DNA of 41,726 nucleotides from an uncultured Bacilli bacterium (lineage in GTDB: Bacteria > Bacillota_I > Bacilli_A > RF39 > UBA660): positions 1-41,726 of the forward strand of contig CANRPZ010000001.1 in NCBI GenBank assembly GCA_947632625.1, written 5' to 3'. The notes beneath the pieces were generated by a model. The model did not search any database and was not told where the DNA came from. It saw only the letters and a list, made by a program, of their open reading frames with translations. The translations under genes and the position numbers were made by a program. Positions 19,613 to 27,872 of this stretch are shown piece by piece; within the stretch, counting starts at the first letter, position 1; each line of letters opens with the position of its first letter.

Positions 19613-20032
19613 TTAAAGCATTCTATCGTCAATATACCAAGAACCAGAATGGCTAGCAGTAGTTACAGCTGACTTTTCTCTACGTAAAAGTAAAGTATAT
19701 TCATCACCGCTAAATATATTAATTGAATTGCTACCCCATGTTCCAGTTTCATTTTGTTTTACAGTTATAAAACTACTTTTTCCAGAATCACTAGATGTTT
19801 GTGCTTTTATATTTACTATAGCAGACGTTAAATTATCAACAGCTCCTGAACTATAATAGTATTGTGGACTATCAATTTCCTTTATATGAGTATAAGCTTC
19901 TACAGTATTTCCAAAAGTAGGTAAAGTAATTCCTACTATTGATTGATACCCTTTATTGTAAGCAAAAGAAGCTAATGCTGAAAAAACGCAAGATACAGAA
20001 AATGCTAAAATTGTATACTTTAAATATTTCAT
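19613..20032 (-). CDS. Small secreted protein of unknown function (about 139 aa)
   Basis: The start is ATG 20032, with GTGAGGTGG 9 nt upstream. The signal peptide is MKYLKYTILAFSVSCVFSALASFA. The mature part is Ser/Thr-rich and looks beta-rich. I recognise no family. Confidence 0.55.
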   Translation of the reverse strand: MKYLKYTILAFSVSCVFSALASFAYNKGYQSIVGITLPTFGNTVEAYTHIKEIDSPQYYYSSGAVDNLTSAIVNIKAQTSSDSGKSSFITVKQNETGTWGSNSINIFSGDEYTLLLRREKSAVTTASHSGSWYIDDRML

Positions 20033-20152
20033 ATAATTATACCACCTCACTTAATACATTCCCTTTGCTATCCTCATAATAACATAGTAAAACAATAAAT
20101 TTTACTTGTAAAGTCTAAAAAGTCCTTTAAATTGTTCGAAATTACATTTTGC

Positions 20153-20183
20153 TATAAAAAAAATCCTTAAATTGGATTTTTAG
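20153..20183 (-). terminator. Candidate bidirectional intrinsic terminator just inside the element's right end
   Basis: The minus strand reads AAAATCC AATTTAA GGATTTT followed by TTTT. On the + strand it is flanked by an A-run. It sits 30 nt downstream of the truncated PBP 5' fragment stop. Confidence 0.5.
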
Positions 20184-20202
20184 ACATAATTTAAGCCATT
20201 TT

Positions 20203-20230
20203 AGTCTCTCTTGCTAAAATTCTAGGTTAC
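20203..20230. repeat. attR-like junction: 13-bp repeat AGTCTCTCTTGCT, 9-bp spacer, then core GGTTAC
   Basis: Read directly from the sequence as AGTCTCTCTTGCT AAAATTCTA GGTTAC. It mirrors 14717..14744. Confidence 0.8.
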
Positions 20231-21272
20231 AAGAGTTTTCTACAACTTGTAAAAAGGTTTCTGCTCCATGCCCTCCTGCTTTCCAACATTTAATTCGGGC
20301 ATTTTCAACAGCAATAGATCCACTATCATAGTAATTATCTTTAAATAGATTAATCGTTTGCTCTTGTAAAGAAGCTGCAAGCGTAATAACTTTAAAAGTT
20401 GATCCAGGTTCATAAGTCATCCAAATAGGCAAATTTCGGTTAATAACCTCTACAGAAGCTGTTTGGTAATGATTAGGATTAAAATTAGGACGACTTGCCA
20501 TTGCTAAAATTTCTCCAGTTTTAGGGTTCATTGCCAAAATAAGAGCTTGATCTGGATTATATTTTGTCATAACATTATCGAGTTCATTTTCTATAGAAAG
20601 TTGTAAATCGATATCAATAGTTAAATCCACATTAATACCATTTTGGGGTTCTTCATAAATTTCAGTTAAGGAAAGACGATTCCCCTTGCCATCCGAAAAA
20701 TATTTAATAGCTCCATCTTCTCCTGTTAAATACGCATCATAATTTAACTCAATTCCTGAAAGCCCTTGATTGTCAATTCCAACATACCCTAAAACATGAG
20801 ATAAAACATTATCATAAGGGTAATATCTTTTGCTTTCTTTTACTAAATATACTCCGTCATAACCTAGATTGTTTATTTGTTCTGCAACATCATAAGAAAG
20901 TTGCCTTCCTTCTGGGTGTACTCTTTCAATGGATGTTTTTTTTGCCACATGGCGATACATTTCTTCATAAGATACGTTTAATATTTCGGCAAGTTTTGTA
21001 GCAACCTCTTCTTTATTTATAATTTGATTAGGAATTAATACTAATGAGGTAGTGGTTAAGTTCGTTGCTAAAACTTTACCATTACGATCCCTAATTTCTC
21101 CCCTATCCGCTGTTATAGGTAATTTACGACTCCACAAAGATTCAGCCAAGGAATTTAATTGATCATATTTAAAGACTTGTATATAAAAGACTCGAAAAAC
21201 AATGATAAACAAAAGTATAATAACAGCAACTAAAATGAATCTTATACGACTATGAATCGTATTAAAAAACAT
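20214..21272 (-). CDS. spoVD: 5' segment of the split SpoVD-like class B penicillin-binding protein (TM anchor, dimerisation domain, start of transpeptidase)
   Basis: It has an N-terminal TM segment, ADRGEIRDRNGKVLA, the SxxK motif (EPGSTFKVITL) and ends at ..VVENSCN. Three element-encoded codons (LEF) and a stop follow. Confidence 0.88.
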   Translation of the reverse strand: MFFNTIHSRIRFILVAVIILLFIIVFRVFYIQVFKYDQLNSLAESLWSRKLPITADRGEIRDRNGKVLATNLTTTSLVLIPNQIINKEEVATKLAEILNVSYEEMYRHVAKKTSIERVHPEGRQLSYDVAEQINNLGYDGVYLVKESKRYYPYDNVLSHVLGYVGIDNQGLSGIELNYDAYLTGEDGAIKYFSDGKGNRLSLTEIYEEPQNGINVDLTIDIDLQLSIENELDNVMTKYNPDQALILAMNPKTGEILAMASRPNFNPNHYQTASVEVINRNLPIWMTYEPGSTFKVITLAASLQEQTINLFKDNYYDSGSIAVENARIKCWKAGGHGAETFLQVVENSCNLEF

Positions 21273-21323
21273 AAAACAGCACCCCTTTTTATAATTTTAT
21301 TTTTTTTTGGTGCATTTATTAAT

Positions 21324-21357
21324 AAAAAAATGAAACAACTATTCCTCTATTGTTTCA
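21324..21357 (-). terminator. Intrinsic terminator after the DUF1292 gene
   Basis: An 8-bp perfect stem TGAAACAA/TTGTTTCA (21331..21338 and 21350..21357) has an 11-nt loop containing the stop codon. T7 follows on the minus strand. Confidence 0.6.
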
Positions 21358-21626
21358 TTTGCTTCTTTAAATAAATCAAAAAAGATTTTAGATATTTCCT
21401 TTAGTTCATCAGCTTCGACTATTTTTTCAATCGTTTCATTGCCTTCACTAACGACTAATTTTCCAATCATCTGATTTTGCTCTATTAAATTTTCTTCTTT
21501 ATCGACCTCAATTAAATAAAGATAAGTGCATTCATTATAAAGAACTAAATTTGCTACAACATAATCGTGATCTTTTCCTTCTTCATCCTCAATTGTTACA
21601 ATTTTATATTGCTCTATTTTTTCCAT
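21339..21626 (-). CDS. DUF1292 / YrzB-like small acidic protein
   Basis: 95 aa reading IVTIEDEEGKDHDYVVANLVLYNECTYLYLIEVD.., the typical DUF1292 pattern. The ATG overlaps the stop of the upstream gene (TAATG). Confidence 0.6.
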   Translation of the reverse strand: MEKIEQYKIVTIEDEEGKDHDYVVANLVLYNECTYLYLIEVDKEENLIEQNQMIGKLVVSEGNETIEKIVEADELKEISKIFFDLFKEANETIEE

Positions 21627-23986
21627 TAACGCCCTTTCCTCTCTATAGTATCATTTATAAAATGACTTTCACTTTCATTAAAGAATCCTTCATAACCATT
21701 TGAATTTGAATTTTCCATTCTACCAACATAACCTATTTGTTTAGCACCATTATTTTCTAATGCTGCCTTTTTGGCATTGGCATCTAAATCATTTTCAAAT
21801 ATCGTTATCTTTTCACCATTATAAAGATAAACAATCCCTCCAACGGTTCTTACATTTAAAGCATCAAAATAAGTAGGTACACCATTTTTTTCGCTTGCCA
21901 TATCATATTGATTACTATAAATTATACCTTCCGTTGTAAAAGTATCCCCAAAATCATGATACTCTTCTTTTTCCGGCGTAGGATTTGAAATCAAAATATC
22001 TTCTTTACGATTAACTAAATTTTGTTGAGCGATAGCACTTGATTGTTTTTCAGAATCCGAATTTAATAATTTGTTTATATTTTGTGCAAATTCATCATTG
22101 CTCGTATTTAAATTTTCCAAAGAAGAATTGCGATTTTCAGAATCTAAATCAAAAACCGCTGTTTTATTTTCATCTATTGAAACACGATAATCTTTTGCAA
22201 TCTCTTCATCATTTTCTTCGTTAATTTGTAAAGAATTATCCGGAAGAATAGAAGAGGTACGTAAAGCATTCAATCCTAAAATAGAAATTCCTACAACAGC
22301 CGTAGAAAGAGCCCCAATTAAAACTTTTTTACGAGTAGCTTCTTTTACATTTTTTACTTTTAAGACATGCTTTTTATCCTTTGGAATTTTATTTAAACTG
22401 CTTTTAATTTTTAAATAGGTATCTTCTAAAATATTTGTTTTTTCTTTATTTGTAAATGCGGCATTTAATTTTTCCATTAATACATTAAACACGTTTTTCT
22501 TCTCTTCATCAGAATATCTTGAATCTTTTATAAATTCATCGGGATTTAAAGCAGCGGACATAAATACTTTTTCTAACGTACTACCAATAAAAGTAGATTT
22601 TAAAGCCACTTTTAGATTAGCAAAAACAGCCAATTTTTTGCCTTTATTAAATGCATATAATTTTTTACGTAGTTTCTTTTCTTCTTCATCTCTTAATGCT
22701 AAACCATCATTTTGCTTTAACTTTTCAATTTCTTTATAAATTTTTAAAGTTGTATCCTCTATAGTTTCGACATCAAGATAGCAATCGATAAATTCAAAAT
22801 CATGCATGGCAGAAAATTCTTTAAGACGTGCTTGATATTTTTTATATTTCATAAAAACGATATTAAAGCGATCCAAATCCTTTTTTAAAATATAAAGTGG
22901 CTCTTTATTATAAGAAGCAACAGCTATTACATCTTTCGAATTACCATGTTGTTTTGCTTCACGTACTAAAGAGAACAATCTTTCTTCAGCATATAAAAAA
23001 TCTTCATAGATATGGGCATACTCTTCTGCCAGGTTTTCTGTTTCTTCTAAAGAGTCAGCATTCGAAATTTCTTTATTGTATTTTTCCATATAAGAATTTA
23101 ATTTATTTTGATACAAAATCCATCTAGATTTATATTTTGAAGAAATTCGCTTTGTCGTTTTCCTATATTTTACAGCAACCTTTTTTCCCGAAGCTTTTTC
23201 AATATTAGCTAAAATACCTTTAATATAAAGAATTTTATCCGTAAGGTTTACAAGGGATTTCAAATATTGTTCATCAATTACAAGTGTTTTTTCCTCTACA
23301 ACAATTGGTTCATGTTTATCCGTTTGTTCTTTACTAAATAAATGATTAAGCGCATCCAAAGTTTCATTTCCTATATCTTGTAAGCTTTGAGCATCAATAG
23401 GTTCATAACCTTCTAAAGAAACCTCACGAATACGATTTGTAGCTTGACCAAGAGTTTCAATACGTTCATAAGCTTCCATCATTTCTTTTGGTCCTTGAAG
23501 ATTTTTTAAGTTTTCCGTTAATTTTGTAAATTTACGACTTGCCTTTTCTTTATGGTTTGCTAAAGGATTTACAATACGTACAAAATTATCGTTTAATTCA
23601 TTATACAAAGTTTCTCGTTTATGCATAACTTGTGAATTAAAGAAAATCAATTTTCGAACATCTTCCCATTCGCTTTTGATCTCGGCTTTTTCTACAAAAC
23701 CAATAACATGATGATAATGCAAAAGATGATTAATAACTGGTACAAGCAATAAAAGAAAATCGTTTTCCTTTTCTAAAGAATTGACTAAATGGCTTCTAAA
23801 AGAATCATGTTCAAGAGAATCATAGATAGAGGTATATTCTTGTAAAAGATTTTCTACTTGTAAAACAAACTGATTAAAGTCCGAAATATCCTCCATTTTT
23901 AGAGTATTTTTTAGGATACTTTCTTCAAGTGCATTTATTTTCGCTTCGAATTGGTTTAGTCTTTCATTATAATTATCCATGTCCAT
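21626..23986 (-). CDS. Large bitopic protein of unknown function (coiled-coil-rich cytoplasmic N-terminus, one TM, extracellular C-terminal domain)
   Basis: 786 aa. About 545 aa are Lys/Glu-rich and helical, followed by the TM segment VLIGALSTAVVGISILGLNAL and a C-terminal region of about 220 aa. I recognise no motif. Confidence 0.6.
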   Translation of the reverse strand: MDMDNYNERLNQFEAKINALEESILKNTLKMEDISDFNQFVLQVENLLQEYTSIYDSLEHDSFRSHLVNSLEKENDFLLLLVPVINHLLHYHHVIGFVEKAEIKSEWEDVRKLIFFNSQVMHKRETLYNELNDNFVRIVNPLANHKEKASRKFTKLTENLKNLQGPKEMMEAYERIETLGQATNRIREVSLEGYEPIDAQSLQDIGNETLDALNHLFSKEQTDKHEPIVVEEKTLVIDEQYLKSLVNLTDKILYIKGILANIEKASGKKVAVKYRKTTKRISSKYKSRWILYQNKLNSYMEKYNKEISNADSLEETENLAEEYAHIYEDFLYAEERLFSLVREAKQHGNSKDVIAVASYNKEPLYILKKDLDRFNIVFMKYKKYQARLKEFSAMHDFEFIDCYLDVETIEDTTLKIYKEIEKLKQNDGLALRDEEEKKLRKKLYAFNKGKKLAVFANLKVALKSTFIGSTLEKVFMSAALNPDEFIKDSRYSDEEKKNVFNVLMEKLNAAFTNKEKTNILEDTYLKIKSSLNKIPKDKKHVLKVKNVKEATRKKVLIGALSTAVVGISILGLNALRTSSILPDNSLQINEENDEEIAKDYRVSIDENKTAVFDLDSENRNSSLENLNTSNDEFAQNINKLLNSDSEKQSSAIAQQNLVNRKEDILISNPTPEKEEYHDFGDTFTTEGIIYSNQYDMASEKNGVPTYFDALNVRTVGGIVYLYNGEKITIFENDLDANAKKAALENNGAKQIGYVGRMENSNSNGYEGFFNESESHFINDTIERKGR

Positions 23987-24042
23987 ACTTTTCCACCTCT
24001 TTAATATCTTTTATTATACCTTAACTAAAAGAAAACTGCAAA

Positions 24043-26148
24043 TTAATTTCCTAAAATAATTTCTAAAGGAATTGTTTTATCAATAAGACTATCCACCGGA
24101 ATATTTATACTTACAACTTTACCATATCCATTAAGTTCATAAGGTAAGCCGATTAAATTACAAAAAGTTACAATTTCATTTGTACTCCATCCAATAACAT
24201 TAGGCATTTTATAATGAACCGAATTGGTTAGTAAAAATACTTTTGAACCAATTAAAACCTCTCTATTTGTTAATGGATATTGATTGATAATATATTTGCC
24301 ATCGCCAATTACAACGGTATTTACCCCCATTAAACTTAATTTATCAACGGTTGTTACTACCTCACTAGAAATATAATTGGATAAAGTTATAATTTTTGAT
24401 TTATCTTCATCACTTATAATATCGACGATATTTAAATTTTTAGCGGCTTCTTCTACAATATTATGAACAATATTCGCAACATCTTGTGTCCCACCAACGA
24501 TTTGTTTGATGGCAATATAAATAACATATTCGGGATTTTCATAAGGAAATACTCCAGCAAAACTTTTTATATAATCATATTCTCCATCTAAATAGCCCCC
24601 TTTAGGACTAGCAATTTGAGCAGTACCGGTTTTTCCAATTAATGTAACATTATCTGGAGCAAATAAATGGTTTGTTTTTTCAACTCCATACACAACGTTA
24701 TACATTAAACTCTTAATCTTATTAATCGTTTCTTTACTAGCCACTTTGGCTATTTCGGTACGTCCATATTCTTTCACAATGTTACCATTTTCATCTACAA
24801 TCTTTGAAACTAGATAAGGTTTTATCATGACCCCATCATTTACAATCGTACTCAAAGCTTGAAGCATTTGAATAGGTGTTACGGTAATTCCTTGTCCAAA
24901 AGAAGCTGTTGCAACCTCACTTTCATATTTAAACGTGATTTTTCCTTCTACCTCATTGGGAAGCTCTATTCCCGTTGTTTTTCCAAAACCTAAAGTATCA
25001 TAAAAGCTTCTTAAATTATCAGCACCAAGTTCTTTTGATAAAAGAGTGGCTGCCACATTACTAGAACGAGCAAAACCGGTATCAAAATCAATTTCTCCCC
25101 AACCTTTTCCATCATTGTAATCACTTATTTTGGTGCCATCACTTAAAGTAATGGATCCAGATTTATAGGTTTTTGTTCCATCGTATTTTCCACTTTCAAT
25201 CGCATCCATAAAAGAAAATATTTTCATAACAGAACCAGGTTCATATTGATAAGAAACCAAAGGATTTAAATAACTATTTAAATCTTCTCTTGTATTTAAA
25301 TCAAAATTAGGACTACTAGCACTACCTAAAATTTCTCCTGATTTAGCATTCATTAAGGTAACCGTTGCCCAATCAAATGTATAATTTTTTTCCAATTCTG
25401 TTACAGCATTTTCTAATAAATGTTGAATATCAGCATTTAAGGTTAAATATAAATTATTACCACTAATACTTTTTTCTTCTTGATAAGGCGTATTGGGAAT
25501 TTGATAACCGTATGCATCTTTTTCGTATTCGATATAACCATTTTTTCCTTTTAAAATATCATTAAAATAGAGTTCTAACCCCATCTCTCCATTAATCTCT
25601 CCTTCATCGTTTGCTTTTGCATAACCTAAAATATAGGAAGCATAGCGATTATTGGGATAGTATCGTTTCGTTCCACTAATAAAATCAATGCCTGGTAAAT
25701 CTAAAGCCATGATTTCATTTTTTTTAATTTCGGTAATTCCCCTTTTTAATTCCACTTGGTAGCGATCTTCTTTATTTAAAAGTTCCAAAAGTGTGGATTC
25801 CTCTTTTTCTAATATTCCACTTAATTCTCTGGCTGTTTTTTCTTTATCGACTACATGTTGGGGATTATTACTATCTTTCGTACGACTACTCGATAAATAA
25901 GCAATTACCGTATAAGAATTTGTATCCAAAGCAAGCTCTTCTCCATTTGCATAGTAAATAGAGCCACGAGAAGCATACGTAACTTTTTTTTCTAAATTTC
26001 GATTATTAGCAAACGCAGTCAAATCAATGCCATCAACTTGCTTACTTGTTGCAACATAAACTAATTTAGCACTTATAATGACAAATAAAAAAGAAACAAG
26101 TAAAATCGTTAATTTGGTATTAAATTTTATACTATTGTTTCTTTTCAT
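24043..26148 (-). CDS. pbpB: Class B penicillin-binding protein 2B (FtsI-type) with two PASTA domains
   Basis: An N-terminal TM segment, SxxK (EPGSVMKIFS), SxN (ARSSNVAA), KTG (GKTGTAQ) and two C-terminal PASTA-like repeats. It lies directly after ftsL. Confidence 0.9.
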   Translation of the reverse strand: MKRNNSIKFNTKLTILLVSFLFVIISAKLVYVATSKQVDGIDLTAFANNRNLEKKVTYASRGSIYYANGEELALDTNSYTVIAYLSSSRTKDSNNPQHVVDKEKTARELSGILEKEESTLLELLNKEDRYQVELKRGITEIKKNEIMALDLPGIDFISGTKRYYPNNRYASYILGYAKANDEGEINGEMGLELYFNDILKGKNGYIEYEKDAYGYQIPNTPYQEEKSISGNNLYLTLNADIQHLLENAVTELEKNYTFDWATVTLMNAKSGEILGSASSPNFDLNTREDLNSYLNPLVSYQYEPGSVMKIFSFMDAIESGKYDGTKTYKSGSITLSDGTKISDYNDGKGWGEIDFDTGFARSSNVAATLLSKELGADNLRSFYDTLGFGKTTGIELPNEVEGKITFKYESEVATASFGQGITVTPIQMLQALSTIVNDGVMIKPYLVSKIVDENGNIVKEYGRTEIAKVASKETINKIKSLMYNVVYGVEKTNHLFAPDNVTLIGKTGTAQIASPKGGYLDGEYDYIKSFAGVFPYENPEYVIYIAIKQIVGGTQDVANIVHNIVEEAAKNLNIVDIISDEDKSKIITLSNYISSEVVTTVDKLSLMGVNTVVIGDGKYIINQYPLTNREVLIGSKVFLLTNSVHYKMPNVIGWSTNEIVTFCNLIGLPYELNGYGKVVSINIPVDSLIDKTIPLEIILGN

Positions 26149-26161
26149 AAAAATTCTCCTT

Positions 26162-26464
26162 CTAGTGATTATTACTAATTACTTTAACATTATCATAATT
26201 ATAGTTTAATCCTATCTCTTTTGCAACCTCTTGAATTTTATCTAAAGAAGCAAGTTCATTAATTTGCATACTTAAACTTTCATTTAAATTCTCTTGATTA
26301 TTAATTTTATTTTTTAATTGCTCCACTTGAATATTTGATTCAGATAAAAGGGCTTTTGTAAAAACATTTGCTACAGGAACCGCTATTAAAAGTAGAAAAA
26401 TAATAGCATAAATAAATTTTTCTCCTTTCATAATACGATAACTTTTTTTAGTACTTTTTTTCAT
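26162..26464 (-). CDS. ftsL: Cell division protein FtsL
   Basis: A 100-aa bitopic protein with a coiled-coil ectodomain, placed between rsmH and pbpB. Confidence 0.75.
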   Translation of the reverse strand: MKKSTKKSYRIMKGEKFIYAIIFLLLIAVPVANVFTKALLSESNIQVEQLKNKINNQENLNESLSMQINELASLDKIQEVAKEIGLNYNYDNVKVISNNH

Positions 26465-27391
26465 TTATTTCACCTTTTCTATTATGCGAAGCTTTGCACT
26501 CTTGCTTCTTGTATTTTCACTTAATTCTTTTTCTGTTGCTACAATTGGTTTTTTATTTATAAATTTTATGGAAGGCATATATTCATCAGGAATAGTAGGT
26601 AGCCCCTTTACCATTTCATCCATTTCACTATACTTTTTAAATACTCTTTTTACAATTCGATCTTCTAAAGAATGGAAGGTTATGATAACAAGACGTCCAC
26701 CTTTTTTTAATAAGGAAATAGCATCGGGTAATATTTCCTCTAATTTATTTAATTCATTGTTTACCTCAATTCGAATGGCTTGAAAAATTTTTCTTTCAGG
26801 GTGTTCTTTATAAAAATAATTTGCTCCAACTGCCTTTTTAATTAAAAGAACCAATTCAGTAGTTGTTTCTATATATTTTTCTTGACGACTCTTCACAATC
26901 ATTTCCGCAATCGGTTTACTCATTTTTTCTTCACCATAAGAATAAAACAAATCAATCAAATCTTTTTTGTCATATTCGTTAACTACTTGAGCTGCACTAA
27001 AATTTTGCGTTCTATTCATACGCATATCAAGAGGTCCATCCTGCATAAAGGAAAATCCTCTTTCTTTTTTATCGATTTGGGGACTAGAGACTCCTAAATC
27101 AAATAAAATTCCATCAACCTGATCAACTTGGCAATCTTTTAAGCATTTTTTCATATGAACAAAATCACTATGAAACAATGTGAAATTGGCACCAATTTTT
27201 TCAAGTTCTTTTTTTGAATATTGCAAAGCTTCTACATCACAATCAAAAGCATATAAATGTCCTTTTGAAAGTTTTTTTAAAATGTTTTTACTATGTCCAG
27301 CATATCCAAGAGTTGCATCCACATAAATTCCATCCTCTTTGATATTTAAGCCATCCAAACTTTCTTTTAACAATACACTATAATGCAACAT
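26465..27391 (-). CDS. rsmH: 16S rRNA (cytosine1402-N4)-methyltransferase
   Basis: MLHYSVLLKESLDGL..YVDATLGYAGHS..DLGVSSPQID..FHSLEDR. The start is set at the internal ATG 27391; the longer ORF overlaps mraZ. Confidence 0.92.
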   Translation of the reverse strand: MLHYSVLLKESLDGLNIKEDGIYVDATLGYAGHSKNILKKLSKGHLYAFDCDVEALQYSKKELEKIGANFTLFHSDFVHMKKCLKDCQVDQVDGILFDLGVSSPQIDKKERGFSFMQDGPLDMRMNRTQNFSAAQVVNEYDKKDLIDLFYSYGEEKMSKPIAEMIVKSRQEKYIETTTELVLLIKKAVGANYFYKEHPERKIFQAIRIEVNNELNKLEEILPDAISLLKKGGRLVIITFHSLEDRIVKRVFKKYSEMDEMVKGLPTIPDEYMPSIKFINKKPIVATEKELSENTRSKSAKLRIIEKVK

Positions 27392-27392
27392 T

Positions 27393-27827
27393 TTAAAAAT
27401 TCCCATCCATAAATAAGTTTTCTGCAATATCAGATAAAGTATCGCTATTCGTTTCCATAAATTGATCCCAAGCAAATTTATCCCATATTTCCACACGATC
27501 ATTAGCGCCGATTATGACACATTCTTTTGTTAAACCGGCGTAACTAATGAGTGGGGAGGTAAGGCAAGTTCTTCCTTGTCGGTCAAACTCACACTCAGTG
27601 GCACCAGAAAAGAGGAATCTTATGATTGTACGGGCATCTTTTTTTGTAAAAGGTAGAGATTTTAATTGTGTTTCTATTCTTTCCCATTCTTTTTTAGGAT
27701 AAACATACAAACACTTTTCTAATCCTCGTGTTACAATAAATTCTTCTCCCAAGCCGTTCCGAAACTTGGAAGGTAACACAAGTCTTGATTTATCATCAAT
27801 GTTATGATGATATTCACCCATAAACAT
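27393..27827 (-). CDS. mraZ: Transcriptional regulator MraZ
   Basis: MFMGEYHHNIDDKSRLVLPSKFR is the canonical MraZ N-terminus. There are two SpoVT/AbrB-like halves. The start is set at ATG 27827; the longer ORF would cover the operator. Confidence 0.92.
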   Translation of the reverse strand: MFMGEYHHNIDDKSRLVLPSKFRNGLGEEFIVTRGLEKCLYVYPKKEWERIETQLKSLPFTKKDARTIIRFLFSGATECEFDRQGRTCLTSPLISYAGLTKECVIIGANDRVEIWDKFAWDQFMETNSDTLSDIAENLFMDGNF

Positions 27828-27836
27828 TTTTGATCC

Positions 27837-27871
27837 CCCACTTTCTACCACAATGTACCACTGTCTACCAT
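27837..27871 (-). promoter_or_regulatory. MraZ operator: four direct GTGG(T/G)-type boxes at 10-bp spacing
   Basis: The minus strand reads ATGGTAGACA GTGGTACATT GTGGTAGAAA GTGGGGGATC. On the + strand the boxes start at 27867, 27857, 27847 and 27837. They lie between the promoter and the mraZ ATG. Confidence 0.7.
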
Positions 27872-27872
27872 T

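Larger units (their letters stand above)
14717..20230. mobile_element. 5.5-kb intervening element (large serine recombinase plus ABC-transporter cargo) inserted in the spoVD-like gene
   Basis: Direct GGTTAC cores lie at 14717..14722 and 20225..20230, 5,508 bp apart. A 13-bp perfect inverted repeat sits 9 bp inside each core. All seven element ORFs are co-oriented with the host gene. Removing one core copy restores the PBP reading frame. Confidence 0.85.

Noticed and set aside
14717-20230. Interpreting the insert as a prophage or an ICE/IME.
   Set aside because: It is only 5.5 kb and carries no capsid, tail, terminase, relaxase, coupling-protein or replication genes. A Tn4451-like mobilisable transposon remains a formal alternative, but I see no mob gene.
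14703-20250. The direct repeat TACAAC on both host flanks (14703..14708 and 20241..20246), considered as possible target-site duplication or part of attB.
   Set aside because: Both copies simply encode Val-Val in the PBP (FVVM and QVVEN). They are not equidistant from the core, so this is probably coincidence. The real shared junction sequence is GGTTAC.
21273-21330. A search for a sigma-E type promoter (ATA..-CATACA-T) in front of the spoVD-like 5' fragment.
   Set aside because: I could not find a convincing match by eye. Only a weak TTAATA-17-TAAAAT sigma-A-like pair is present, so no promoter is reported. This leaves the sporulation-specific expression of the gene unverified.
27828-27851. 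N-terminal extension of mraZ (MVESGGSK). Similar tool-ORF extensions occur on rsmH, rpmG, nfo, mscL, lepA, the PBP2 gene, the ABC ATPase and the secreted protein.
   Set aside because: In each case the canonical family N-terminus begins at an internal ATG with a properly spaced Shine-Dalgarno sequence. The extensions start at GTG or TTG and overlap regulatory sequence or the upstream gene.
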